The notes under the pieces are model-generated. The model saw only the letters and a program-made list of their open reading frames with translations. It did not search any database and was not told the DNA's origin. This document shows, piece after piece, positions 24,025 to 33,916 of a stretch of 64,000 bases of DNA (position 1 is its first letter; the number at the start of each line of letters is the position of its first letter). Made by a program: the position numbers and the translations under genes. Location of the stretch: IMG/VR virus record IMGVR_UViG_3300043395_003024, positions 32,001 to 96,000 of that record. One strand, written 5' to 3'. This stretch comes from a virus.

Positions 24025-27000
24025 TAGCGGCGCTCCTTATTAGAGCGTTCCTTGGCTTCAATTTTTGCAATAACCATATTGGCGATAGCTTCTGGCGATT
24101 GATTAGTTCCGTTTATTTCAAATGAATAGTAGTTTGTTGTGTTTCCGCCTCCCGAAGAAACTGCAGAAACTGGACGCATGCTTGTCGTGTCTCCGATTCC
24201 AGGCCCTGGTACAACATGAAGGTGGCGATTTGCCATACTTCCGTGGAACTCGGCAAATCCGCCATTTGCATGCACAAGCTTTGCGTATTGACCAAGATTC
24301 TGTCCGATTAGGTCGTATGCAGCACCGGTGGCATGGTCTGAACTTGGAGAGCCAAGTGCATAATTTCTGAGGCTTGACGTTATTGTCCTCTTTCCGGTTA
24401 GCTGCCCATTCATTGCAGCATGGCGGGCCATTGTTTGAGACAGTTTGCTTGTAGATGTATCGCCGATGCGCCCTGCTCGTGATGTAGATGTATCTCCACT
24501 ATCTGGAGGTTTTAATTCACCAGTCTGAGAGTTGTACTTGAGCCCCTTTGTCCACCAGTCAGGACCGGCAGCTGGACCAGTAAATGCATCCTTAACTGCT
24601 TTATTGAAATTATCTAGTGCTGTTGCGATATCGCCAGTTGCATTGACAAGCTTATTTAGCTCTGTTTTGTCTTGTTGACCTACTGTAAGCCCCTGGAAAG
24701 CCGGATTGAGGGCAGCAAGTGCGGCAGCTGGGTCTTCTGAGTTAAGTGCTTCTTCAAGTGGGCTTAGTCTAAATCCTGCAGCATTTGCTCCAGCAGCAGG
24801 CCTTTGGCCATAGGCGGACAATTGCTTCAGGAATTTATCCTTATCTTCGGGACTCATTGATGCAATCGCGCCCTCAAGTCTCTTTGTATCAACAGTCATA
24901 CCCCTGTCGGCAAGAATTCCGCGAATTTGAGTTCCAGCTTCTGCTGCGACTCCTGTATTTATTTGCTGTTGTGCTTGCTGAAATAGGGGATTATTTAAGA
25001 AGAACTGTGACATGCCTTCAAATTCTTGGTTTTTACCAAATATTCCCTTATCTGCACCTTGTCCAAACATTTCATTGAATGCACCAAATGCTTTAAATGC
25101 ATCACCACCAGATGCAGCCAATATTTGCGAGAAAACCTGCTCCATACCGGCATTAACAGCACCCATTTTCGTGGCTTCGGAGCCTTTGCCGCGAAGAACA
25201 TCTCCAACTTGGCGCATATTTTGATTTAGGGCCTGCTGTGCTTCCTTCTGCTCTCTATCCTTCTTAAAAGGATTTGCACCAGCGAGGAATATATCAGTTA
25301 TTGCAGCATTTAGTTGGTCTTTATTTTTCTTAAGATTTTTTGTAAACTTTCCTAATAGTGTATCGTAATCGAGTGTTGCATCATAAAGATTTACGCCCAT
25401 AGTTTGGGCAAGTAATTCAAGTTCTGCAGTACTTTTGCCAGTTGCTCTAGATAGTGCATCAAGTCTTTTTGCGTTTACAGCATCTATTTTTGCATAGTCG
25501 TCTCTGAGGCCGCCTTCTTTAAAAATTTCATCTATCGTAGTCCCACCGGCGGCACGCATCGCCTTTTTTTGGTCAGCAGTAAGACCCTTAGCGCTCTGTG
25601 TTCTAAAATAGGCGTCGAGTGTTTGTTGCTTGCGATTATGATAATCGTACTTTACTGAACCATCTGTTTGTTTTTCGCCGACCACTCCTGCAGCCTCTAG
25701 TGATGAAATTATGTCAAGTCGTGCTTGTTGTGCTTTTTCTGACATGGTTTTACCCATTGTCAAAAATGATGCAGTAGCTCCGACTAGTGATTCACCACGT
25801 TCCTGTCTTTGTTTATTCATCTGCATATTTCCAATAGCAGAGCTTGTGGCTGTTTGATAAAGGCTAGTGAACTGCTCTCTTACGGCAGCACGCGCCTGCT
25901 TCATATTTTCTTTTCCTTTATTTATGGCGCCCATAATTCCACCAAAAACAAGACCAATAGCCGCACCAGCAATCGCTGCCTGTGGTCCGAACATCGCACC
26001 AAGTGAAGCACCGCCCGCGGCACCGGAAAGCGCACCCTTCATCGCGCCCTTTGCCTTCATCGCGCCACCAATGCCAGCAACGGCAAGTCCTGCACGTGGG
26101 TCAAATTGGGATACTGTTGCGCCTAGCGCCATTGCTCCACGCATCTCTTCTGGCGCATACTGGCTCATGAGGCCAAGACCCATGCTTGTGCCCATACGGC
26201 CCGTCATACTGCCAGCAAATTTTTGGTTGTAGGCTTGTCCAAATTTTGACTGGCTTCTCGTAACCCTATTCATTCCACGCTTATAGTCAAGCTTTGCAGC
26301 CATAGTTCGCAAGCGTCCAACTTTTTCACCACCTGGAGGGGCAATTATCTGGTCACGCCTAGCCCGAAGTTGTGCTTCTTGACCAGCTATGTCATAGAAC
26401 TCGCCTTTTTCCCTGTCAAAACCCGCAGAATTAAAATATGCCATGGCGCCTTTGTACCCACCGGCTGCTCGCTTCATGCCATATTTAACCTCCTGGAGCC
26501 CGCGTGAACCTGCGAGTTTTACACGCCTCGCATCATTGGCGATTCCCTGCCCGATGCCGACTGGGCGCGGCTCATTTTTGTACTGAGATACGGCACCCTT
26601 TGTGCGCAAAACTTTTTGGATTATCTGTTCTCTATCTGTTTTCGGAGTTAAACCCGTAATCCCTCTACCTGTCGCTATCGAGTGAAGCTCATCCATGGAG
26701 CGTCCACGCAGTGACTGTTCCGCCCTAAATCTTGCGCTCTTAAGGAGGTTGTAGTTTGGATTTGGTACGGTTGTTCCACCCGGCCCTCTCATTGTTGGGT
26801 TTGCATATGGGTCGGCTGGCTGACCAAATAGTGCATACCCAAGACCGCGCCCAGTCATCTTAAAATCTCTATAGTTGTCTCGTCTACGCGTATCTATGTC
26901 ACTGTATTTGACATTAAGACGGCTGCCAATTTTTACGCTTTTGCCAAATCGCGCATAATTATCTCTACTTATGTCTTTTATGTTTGAGTAAAGTGGCCTG

Positions 27001-28838
27001 CTTGGGTATACACCCATTGGCATGGTCATGCCTGGCGCTGCGTAGCTTCCGCTACCCCCGCCGTAAGCGCTTCCGTATGTTCCACGTCCACCAGATGACA
27101 AAGCTGTTGTGCCGTACCTGGCCGGGAGCGGAACTGGTCCGGGCCCACCAGCAAGCGTTGTACCATTGCGTGTCATTGGTCCGCCAGGCATGCCAACACT
27201 GACATTTGTTGCAGTGACTTGCATGTTTTGGGTAGTCATGCCAGCTTTCGGCATTAATTTACCCTTGACGCCAGCCATTCCCCTTCCAAGAACGCTGAAT
27301 CCGAGGATGGGTGCGAGAGCGCTAGCAAAACCCTTACCTGCACCAGCAGTGAATATGCCAGCAATCATATCAAACACCATTGTTAAGCCAGAAACAAGGT
27401 CATTGATAAATGGCAACATGTCCATGAACATCTTCTTTGTCTTCATGAAGAAATTAGACAGTGAATCAATTAATTTGCCGATTCTGTTTCCAAATTCAAC
27501 AACAGTGTCTTTATTCTCAACAAGAAGGTCCTTAAATAGATAAAGGTTGTCTGAACCACGCTTAAGTGCTTCCCACACTGGTTCAAAAGCTTTATATAGA
27601 ACTTTTGCGCCCTCTATGAGCGGGCGAAGTCTGTCCAAGAGCAGGTCCCACCCACGCCTAAACCGTGAAAACCAGTCACCCATTTTGTCGAATAACCCAA
27701 TAGCTCCTGGAAGATAATTTCTAATCATCTTCACAAGCCAGTTCGATGCTTTTTCTATGGCACTAGAAAAATTGTTTATAACGCCCTGTGTTCCGAAGCT
27801 GTACATGACTGCTCCGAGAATGCGCTGCATGTCGCGTCTAATAACATTGAAAACCTTGTCAAAAGCAACCTTGAGTGGTTCCAGGAACTGGTCACCAAAA
27901 TCAGCAAACTCACCCTTAACCCTGGTCATGTAGCCCTTGAGTTGACTTATTAGGGTGTTATTTACTGCGTCAAACTGGCCAGTGACGCCGCCCTTTTTAG
28001 CCAACTCACCAGACATAAGTAGGCTCTCAAATTGCTTCTTTGTCTTTACATTTGCCTTTTTAAGCGCCTGCTCCATTTCTGGACCAAGCTTTTTAGCCTC
28101 TGTAATGACGTCGGATATGCCCTTCTTCTTGTCTGAAAGCGCAGCTATAACTATTGATACCTGCTCTAAGCCCTTGGCTGGGTCTTGACCAGCAGAACCA
28201 AAATCCATAAGAGCTTTCAGAGCACCCTGGCTTTGATTTATTTGAGCTACGTTCATTGATTTTGACATATTTCCATATGCCTTATTCAGTGCCTCAACGC
28301 CAAGTGTTGCTAGGGCTGCATCACTTTGTAGGTTGCGCATACCCATGCGCGTCTGATTCATTGCTGAACCAAAAGCCGGTGCACCCTTTCCCCTGTACGC
28401 AAAAATCGCAGCTTGTTGCTCTCTTATTGCAGCGCTCGCAGACGCCAGGGCAACAGCCGCACCCGCAGCGCCGGCGGCTAACATATGCATAGCACTTCGG
28501 TATGTTTTTACCAAGAAGTTTCCTGCTGCAAACAGTGCGTGGATAGCAATCATCGAGGCACCGAGCGCTGCCATTTCTATGATTACGCCCTTAATTGCCA
28601 TTCCAAGGAACTTGGTAAGGCTCTTTCCGGCCATTTTTGCGCCGGCATCTATGAAGTCAAAGCTGCGTTTCCAGCCCTTTGTAACGCTTTCAAGATTTCT
28701 CTGCCCTAAAGCGGTGCCTCTTCCGCTTGAAAGTTTGTTGAGACGTTTTTGCAGGACGCCTAACTCGGCAATAGCACGACGTATTTCGCCAGTCTTAGCG
28801 TCAAATTTAATTTTTACTTTGACTACTTCGTCTGCCAT
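24024..28838 (-). CDS. Tape measure protein with C-terminal M15-like Zn peptidase
   Basis: 1604 aa, Ala/Gly-rich helical protein with hydrophobic segments, downstream of the chaperone. Contains SDHATGAAYD and HLHV. Confidence 0.9.
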   Translation of the reverse strand: MADEVVKVKIKFDAKTGEIRRAIAELGVLQKRLNKLSSGRGTALGQRNLESVTKGWKRSFDFIDAGAKMAGKSLTKFLGMAIKGVIIEMAALGASMIAIHALFAAGNFLVKTYRSAMHMLAAGAAGAAVALASASAAIREQQAAIFAYRGKGAPAFGSAMNQTRMGMRNLQSDAALATLGVEALNKAYGNMSKSMNVAQINQSQGALKALMDFGSAGQDPAKGLEQVSIVIAALSDKKKGISDVITEAKKLGPEMEQALKKANVKTKKQFESLLMSGELAKKGGVTGQFDAVNNTLISQLKGYMTRVKGEFADFGDQFLEPLKVAFDKVFNVIRRDMQRILGAVMYSFGTQGVINNFSSAIEKASNWLVKMIRNYLPGAIGLFDKMGDWFSRFRRGWDLLLDRLRPLIEGAKVLYKAFEPVWEALKRGSDNLYLFKDLLVENKDTVVEFGNRIGKLIDSLSNFFMKTKKMFMDMLPFINDLVSGLTMVFDMIAGIFTAGAGKGFASALAPILGFSVLGRGMAGVKGKLMPKAGMTTQNMQVTATNVSVGMPGGPMTRNGTTLAGGPGPVPLPARYGTTALSSGGRGTYGSAYGGGSGSYAAPGMTMPMGVYPSRPLYSNIKDISRDNYARFGKSVKIGSRLNVKYSDIDTRRRDNYRDFKMTGRGLGYALFGQPADPYANPTMRGPGGTTVPNPNYNLLKSARFRAEQSLRGRSMDELHSIATGRGITGLTPKTDREQIIQKVLRTKGAVSQYKNEPRPVGIGQGIANDARRVKLAGSRGLQEVKYGMKRAAGGYKGAMAYFNSAGFDREKGEFYDIAGQEAQLRARRDQIIAPPGGEKVGRLRTMAAKLDYKRGMNRVTRSQSKFGQAYNQKFAGSMTGRMGTSMGLGLMSQYAPEEMRGAMALGATVSQFDPRAGLAVAGIGGAMKAKGAMKGALSGAAGGASLGAMFGPQAAIAGAAIGLVFGGIMGAINKGKENMKQARAAVREQFTSLYQTATSSAIGNMQMNKQRQERGESLVGATASFLTMGKTMSEKAQQARLDIISSLEAAGVVGEKQTDGSVKYDYHNRKQQTLDAYFRTQSAKGLTADQKKAMRAAGGTTIDEIFKEGGLRDDYAKIDAVNAKRLDALSRATGKSTAELELLAQTMGVNLYDATLDYDTLLGKFTKNLKKNKDQLNAAITDIFLAGANPFKKDREQKEAQQALNQNMRQVGDVLRGKGSEATKMGAVNAGMEQVFSQILAASGGDAFKAFGAFNEMFGQGADKGIFGKNQEFEGMSQFFLNNPLFQQAQQQINTGVAAEAGTQIRGILADRGMTVDTKRLEGAIASMSPEDKDKFLKQLSAYGQRPAAGANAAGFRLSPLEEALNSEDPAAALAALNPAFQGLTVGQQDKTELNKLVNATGDIATALDNFNKAVKDAFTGPAAGPDWWTKGLKYNSQTGELKPPDSGDTSTSRAGRIGDTSTSKLSQTMARHAAMNGQLTGKRTITSSLRNYALGSPSSDHATGAAYDLIGQNLGQYAKLVHANGGFAEFHGSMANRHLHVVPGPGIGDTTSMRPVSAVSSGGGNTTNYYSFEINGTNQSPEAIANMVIAKIEAKERSNKERR

Positions 28839-28892
28839 GCCTACTCCGAGTGATTTTTAAGTCACGTGAGTGTAAGGCGGCCGAGCTATGGG

Positions 28893-29093
28893 TTATGGGC
28901 CCTGAGTCTTCGACTTTCGCTCTTGCTCTTCGCGGTCGTTACTTATAACTTTAGCACAGGCAAGAAGTAGTAACCAGTCAGTTTCGTCTACATCCAAAAT
29001 CTCTAATGGACTGACATGAAAAAGGTCGCTAAGTCTTGCTGCGGATATAACCGTGGAATCTTCGACTAGTTCGTCGAAGACTCCTTCGTAGGG
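28893..29093 (-). CDS. -1 frameshift extension of the tail assembly chaperone (gpGT-like)
   Basis: Open -1 frame with no ATG (PYEGVFDELVEDSTVISAARLSDLFHVSPLEILD...) fills the gap to the tape measure gene. A 12-bp hairpin follows the GGACCCU site. Confidence 0.75.
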   Translation of the reverse strand, partial: PYEGVFDELVEDSTVISAARLSDLFHVSPLEILDVDETDWLLLLACAKVISNDREEQERKSKTQGP

Positions 29094-29617
29094 TCCACCG
29101 CTGCAACCGTATCCGAATATCCAGCAGCGTCAAGAATTGCGAGAGCTGCAGACTCAACATGTGGGTCAACGCCAAATAAAGCACGAACAGCGTCCGGAAC
29201 AGGTCTTGTCGTCTCTGTCATCTCAAGAATTGACGGGTGAGCAAAGTTGAGGTTGTTGCCATCCTCGTCAAAGATTTCCTCGTCATCCATGCAGATTCCG
29301 ACAGTCGTATGGCCAATTACGAGACAGGCAAACTTTGTGGGGTCGAGACCATTTCTAGAATCTTCGCCAGCATTCTTTCGCCAGTTTTTCATCTGCGACT
29401 GGGTGATATTGGGGCTGATGATGATACTTACGCCTGGACGCTCAGGAACCTCGATATGGACTACTGGGCGCTCAACCTTTTTGCTCACAACAGAACGCAG
29501 TCTGTCGAGCTGGGTCTCTTCCTTGGGACGCGTAGCTGATTGGTCGCGCTTGGCGGCAGTTTTGCCTGCTTTTGCATCGTCCGAGTCTTCGTTTACGTAA
29601 AGTGCATTTTCGCTCAT
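29066..29617 (-). CDS. Tail assembly chaperone (gpG-like)
   Basis: Located between tube and tape measure genes; ends in VDPT. Confidence 0.8.
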   Translation of the reverse strand: MSENALYVNEDSDDAKAGKTAAKRDQSATRPKEETQLDRLRSVVSKKVERPVVHIEVPERPGVSIIISPNITQSQMKNWRKNAGEDSRNGLDPTKFACLVIGHTTVGICMDDEEIFDEDGNNLNFAHPSILEMTETTRPVPDAVRALFGVDPHVESAALAILDAAGYSDTVAAVDPTKESSTN

Positions 29618-29624
29618 GGAGCAG

Positions 29625-29660
29625 AAACTAGCACAATGTGACTAGCCAAAATTGCAACTA
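29625..29660 (-). promoter_or_regulatory. Putative phage late promoter TAGTTGCA-N22-TAGTTT
   Basis: Same architecture as three other intergenic sites; the -10 lies 7 nt before the ATG (leaderless-like). Confidence 0.5.
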
Positions 29661-29666
29661 GTTGTT

Positions 29667-30164
29667 TTATGCGTTGTCGACGTCAGAAATCGCAAAAGTT
29701 AGTGCAAATGTTGCCGGAGCACCAGAGGACGAGTCGCCTTCTGGCTCGGTCATGCCAACCAGAAGCGCATTCGTATAGATTCTGTCGTTCGTTGGGTCCT
29801 TGATGTCACAGTCGTAAACAGATACCGTGATGTTGTAGTAGGCCGTACCGACATACTTGCGAAGGTCCTTGAGCTTCTTGCCTATGCCAGCAGCCGTGTC
29901 GGCACCATTCATATCGTCATCGTAATGCGCTGTCAAGGTGATGTCACCAATTTCTGACGGAGCACAGAGGACGGTTGGGCGAGACTTGCCACCCTCGTAA
30001 ATCTTCTCCACAGAAGCAGTGATTTCGCCACCGGAAACTTGAGCAAAGCGGAACGTGTTCCATTTTGGCAGGTTCACCTGCACATTTGTCTGCTGCTTGG
30101 CGTTGTTAGTAAAAGAACTTGGAACAATTGTCGCAAGTACTTGTCTCTGCGCTACTTTTGCCAT
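29667..30164 (-). CDS. Tail tube protein
   Basis: Follows the sheath gene; FAQVSGGE, GDITLT and EGDSSS motifs; 165 aa. Confidence 0.85.
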   Translation of the reverse strand: MAKVAQRQVLATIVPSSFTNNAKQQTNVQVNLPKWNTFRFAQVSGGEITASVEKIYEGGKSRPTVLCAPSEIGDITLTAHYDDDMNGADTAAGIGKKLKDLRKYVGTAYYNITVSVYDCDIKDPTNDRIYTNALLVGMTEPEGDSSSGAPATFALTFAISDVDNA

Positions 30165-30180
30165 TGGTTACTTCCTCCGA

Positions 30181-31635
30181 TTAAACCACTGTTGAAGTGA
30201 GGTTTGACTTGACAATGTCGATTTCGATTCTGTCTCCGACGCTGCTGACGCGGACGCCAACCTTCGCCTTAACCAGACCGTCAGCAAGCTGCGAGGTTGG
30301 GTTGAGCGATGCATCGCACTTGACCACGTAGCCATTGTCTAGCTGACGACCATTTGTATCGAATGCCGGGTAAAGGGCACCGATATTGCGCATCACTGAC
30401 AGAATTGACACCAGTCTTGACTCGATATCGGAGAAGATTGTGTTTCTGCCATCGATTGAGCTGAACACAACGTCCTCGATTGAGCGGTAGCACTCTGTCA
30501 CGATTGAGTTAACAACATCCTGCTGTGTAATGTAGCGGAAATTGTCTGTATCAGATGATAGTGAACGAGCACCGTACACGCGAATTGAATTTTGGATAAT
30601 TCTAATTGCATTTACGAAGTTAGTATCCAGGTCATCACCGACTGTCTTGTTGATATCCGCCTTGAGGCCAGTCACAAACTTGGCCGAAGAAAGCAGACCG
30701 GCTGCTGGAAGGTGCGGTCCAGTTTGGTTATGAGCTACTGAACGCTTAGCTGCAACATACCCAACCGGCGGCACCATGCGTGATACGCCGGGTACTGATG
30801 TTGGAATCTGAACCCATGGGTAGTACAGGGCGGCGTGCTCTGCATTATTCTCGGACTGAAGCGTTAGCGCCTTGGCTTTGACCGTTGCCGTTGAATCGTT
30901 CTCGTCAGCGAACAACAGTGCAACTCTGCTGTAGTTGTTGCAGTGGGCGATAAGTGCAATACCCATAGCATCACTTGAATCCTCTGGGCAAACGACAGCA
31001 CCAGAGCCAAGTGCATCATTAAACAGCTCAAGCTGGTCAGCATAAACCTCATAGTCAACAGATGCGTACTGGTCATTTCCAGAGCTTAGCGAGGTAGCGC
31101 CAAGCACGTCTGGAATTAGGTCAGCGTCAACAACGGCGGCAGAGATGTAACGAGCAGCCGTAGCGCTGAGGTTAATTCGTCCAACGGCCTGAGAGGCGGT
31201 GGAAACATTTCCGGTTGAATACTTCAGCTCTCCAGCGTAGTAGACATCAATCTTGAATGTTGAACCAGTAGGATGCGTAACCGCAACATCGACGTCACCA
31301 CTCCATGCACCAGCACCATTTGCCGTGATGGTGATGACATCGTCTCCGCCATCCTGCAGCGTGAGCGTTCCGACTGTTGCAGATGCGCCGACGGCACGAG
31401 CTACATATGCACGTGTTCCACCCTCTTCGAAGAACGTCTCCAGAGTTGGGTGCATGTACGAGTACGAAAGGTACCCACCAAAAATGTCTTCAAAGTCTGA
31501 AAGACTCTCGATAAGCACTGGCTCATCTGATGGACCGCGCTCCGTGAGGCCGACAATGAATAGCTGCGAAGACTCGCGAACTGTTGCCGTCGAAGGGCCG
31601 GTTCTAACTGAAGTTGAAATGACTACGCCAGGCAT
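30181..31635 (-). CDS. Contractile tail sheath protein
   Basis: MPGV start, GxTERGP, FFEEGG, YYPW, PPVGYVAA and YGARSL motifs. Confidence 0.95.
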   Translation of the reverse strand: MPGVVISTSVRTGPSTATVRESSQLFIVGLTERGPSDEPVLIESLSDFEDIFGGYLSYSYMHPTLETFFEEGGTRAYVARAVGASATVGTLTLQDGGDDVITITANGAGAWSGDVDVAVTHPTGSTFKIDVYYAGELKYSTGNVSTASQAVGRINLSATAARYISAAVVDADLIPDVLGATSLSSGNDQYASVDYEVYADQLELFNDALGSGAVVCPEDSSDAMGIALIAHCNNYSRVALLFADENDSTATVKAKALTLQSENNAEHAALYYPWVQIPTSVPGVSRMVPPVGYVAAKRSVAHNQTGPHLPAAGLLSSAKFVTGLKADINKTVGDDLDTNFVNAIRIIQNSIRVYGARSLSSDTDNFRYITQQDVVNSIVTECYRSIEDVVFSSIDGRNTIFSDIESRLVSILSVMRNIGALYPAFDTNGRQLDNGYVVKCDASLNPTSQLADGLVKAKVGVRVSSVGDRIEIDIVKSNLTSTVV

Positions 31636-31678
31636 AGGACCTCACTGTTTCGAATAGGGAATCCCGTTTGTATGGTCA

Positions 31679-31714
31679 ATTGTACAGATGGGATTCTATT
31701 ATTTTGTGCAACTA
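31679..31714 (-). promoter_or_regulatory. Putative phage late promoter TAGTTGCA-N22-TACAAT
   Basis: Upstream of the sheath gene; shares the motif and spacing. Confidence 0.55.
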
Positions 31715-31740
31715 TGAATTGAACTTTTAAAAGAGGAAAC

Positions 31741-32349
31741 TTAATCATTTAGTGATGGCATTTCCTCGTTCGGACCAGCAGTTCGTGTTTCGATTTCTAT
31801 TTCAGAGACAATTCCGAGCGGCTCCCTAGTGACTACTTCATCTAGTTCAAGCGTGTAGGCGATATAGGCGCCGGCCATCATTCTGTCGCCTTTTAGTAAA
31901 GTGATGTCGGAGTATTCTTCCCTGATGGTATTTTCTGCGATAACAGCCCTAAATGAAGTTCTTGCGTCATAGGCCTTTAAGCATGGGTAGTCGAGAAGAG
32001 CGCTACGCACTACAGTTGTCAATCTATCTCGCATTAATGTGGCTGCTTCGTTGCCCTCGTCTCTCACCCATATATAGGTGCGCATGCTGTAGTTGACGCG
32101 ATATAGGGGGTCTGCGCTGTCATAGCCAATACGCTCCAGTCCATTCATGGAAAGGGCTACTGTAATTATTGACGGCCATTCGTCTATCGCTAATGGCTCG
32201 TGCGCTATGTACTGCGCTGGGTCCGGTAGGTCAGTGCTATCCAGATTCCAGCCATTTCTATATCTAATAATTCTTATCGGTATGTCACGCGCAAGATAAT
32301 CGTTTACGTATTTTTTGGCAGCGTGAGAGCCGTTCATTAGGGGTGTCAC
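31741..32349 (-). CDS. Tail completion / terminator protein
   Basis: Position between neck and sheath genes; WPSII motif. Confidence 0.6.
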   Translation of the reverse strand: MTPLMNGSHAAKKYVNDYLARDIPIRIIRYRNGWNLDSTDLPDPAQYIAHEPLAIDEWPSIITVALSMNGLERIGYDSADPLYRVNYSMRTYIWVRDEGNEAATLMRDRLTTVVRSALLDYPCLKAYDARTSFRAVIAENTIREEYSDITLLKGDRMMAGAYIAYTLELDEVVTREPLGIVSEIEIETRTAGPNEEMPSLND

Positions 32350-32846
32350 GTTATTTTGCTCCCCTCAACGACATATTGGATTGTCTTTTTTTCAATATCT
32401 CTATCAAAATCCCTCGGAACAAAAACAATTTTTCTTGCCGGCATATCCTGTGTGCCGAATTGATGGAATTTGGCAATAGGGTTGTCTACGACGAATTCTG
32501 CAGACATATCTGTCATCACGTTTTTTGGACTCGAGCCGATACTTGCAACGCTCCTGAATAGACCGCCAGTTACGACAAGAGGTGGCGCTCCCGGGATATG
32601 CATGAATTTCCAAGCTGCATACTCTTCATCAAGCGGAGGCCACGCACCCTTGAGCATTGCTTTTGCCGACATCGCGCCCATTGTTGTGAAGTTTTTTGTA
32701 TAGGCACGTTCAAGGTGATTTTTTGCCCAGTGCAATACAGGCCCAAAATCTTGTGCCCTATCGCGCATATTTCTTAAGCGGTCTACGGCATCTTTCCCCC
32801 GCCAATCAACGTCTTTTATATAGACATAAACCTCTTTTGACGCCAT
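32346..32846 (-). CDS. Neck / virion morphogenesis protein
   Basis: WPPL, LVVTGGLFRS and AKFHQFGTQDMPARK motifs. Confidence 0.8.
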   Translation of the reverse strand: MASKEVYVYIKDVDWRGKDAVDRLRNMRDRAQDFGPVLHWAKNHLERAYTKNFTTMGAMSAKAMLKGAWPPLDEEYAAWKFMHIPGAPPLVVTGGLFRSVASIGSSPKNVMTDMSAEFVVDNPIAKFHQFGTQDMPARKIVFVPRDFDRDIEKKTIQYVVEGSKIT

Positions 32847-32849
32847 GCT

Positions 32850-33494
32850 TTATGCCTGAATTCTTCTATATTTACGCAGCGATGCAAGCTCGGAATCAAG
32901 GAAGCCAGTCACAAGTGGGCCAGTGTTTCTTGTGTTCAAATCTTTTACGGCAACCACATCGTCGTGCATATTTTGCATCTCACGTGAAGCGGCACGAAGA
33001 ATCATCAGCTTTAATGCCGGTATCGAAGTACCGTCTAGACCTGCCGTATAAGTGACCGTGATTAGGTCGTCTGAGTACCCGTAGTAGTAGTCAATACCGT
33101 ACTTGCGAGGGATATAGTCCGTTTCTTCAACAAGTATTTTTTCAGCTCCAAATAAAGGTTTTACTTTAACCTCTATGATGGAGACAATCGGTGTATTGCG
33201 AAAGTAGATTGATGGCGGTGGGGTTGCCCATGTTGTCATATCGTTCCGCGGGCTAGTCGTAAATGACGAGTTATATGTGTTGTCATTTGCTGTGAGGAAT
33301 GTCCCCATGGGGACTCCTGTGTGTGTCGAGTCAAGTCGATGTTCTTCCTCGAACTCTGCAACTTCTATTGGCCGACGGAGGAATGCCTCAAGTTCGCTCT
33401 GCAGGCCAGCTAGAATCATTTCTGCAGCATCCTCTTGACGGGCAGATAGCCTGATGTCCATATATGTCTTGATGTCGTTGACTGAGACAATCAT
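32850..33494 (-). CDS. Head-tail connector (adaptor) protein
   Basis: VSVNDIKTYM start and ITVTYTAG motif; AGGAG RBS precedes ATG 33494. Confidence 0.8.
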   Translation of the reverse strand: MIVSVNDIKTYMDIRLSARQEDAAEMILAGLQSELEAFLRRPIEVAEFEEEHRLDSTHTGVPMGTFLTANDNTYNSSFTTSPRNDMTTWATPPPSIYFRNTPIVSIIEVKVKPLFGAEKILVEETDYIPRKYGIDYYYGYSDDLITVTYTAGLDGTSIPALKLMILRAASREMQNMHDDVVAVKDLNTRNTGPLVTGFLDSELASLRKYRRIQA

Positions 33495-33578
33495 GGCCAC
33501 TCCTGTTATAAAGCGATTTTGCAAATAAATGCAGTATCAAATTCTAACACCAAGTATATGCGTAGGGGTATAGGGAGA

Positions 33579-33607
33579 TTGACTGAAGCATGTCATGGGT
33601 ATAAATT
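33579..33607 (+). promoter_or_regulatory. Host sigma70/SigA-type promoter, likely leaderless
   Basis: TTGACT-N17-TAAATT, ending 6 nt before ATG 33614; no SD sequence. Confidence 0.55.
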
Positions 33608-33613
33608 GTCCAT

Positions 33614-33916
33614 ATGACGGCCGAGCAACTATTTATGCCAACTATTGAATTCTCGGAAGGGGAGAGAGTTGCGGCAAATACCGACATCCTCGAAAGAGTG
33701 GCTCGGATACTTTTCGTAATATTCATGGACGACGACAACCCCATGAGCGAAGATGAAGTCGATGAACTCGCCGAAGACGTATTCGGGATGGCGTCAGTTC
33801 TCATGGCCGTTGCCGGAATGAATATTGTTGGAAGAAACTCAGAGGGCGACTATGTTGCCAGATTCAAGCCATATAAATCGCTGGAACACTTCTCAAAAGA
33901 AAAAGGCATCAAATGA
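33614..33916 (+). CDS. Acidic hypothetical protein (paralogue of next gene)
   Basis: Shares NIxGxxxxGxxxAxxxPYxS with 33913..34317. Confidence 0.75.
   Translation: MTAEQLFMPTIEFSEGERVAANTDILERVARILFVIFMDDDNPMSEDEVDELAEDVFGMASVLMAVAGMNIVGRNSEGDYVARFKPYKSLEHFSKEKGIK

Noticed and set aside
31078-31089. LSSG in the tail sheath protein
   Set aside because: It matches the LxGGxD-type turn normally found in sheath proteins, so it was not counted as a processing motif.
12695-31635. Bacterial contractile injection system or tailocin instead of a phage
   Set aside because: Terminase, portal, prohead protease and head-tail connector genes are present.
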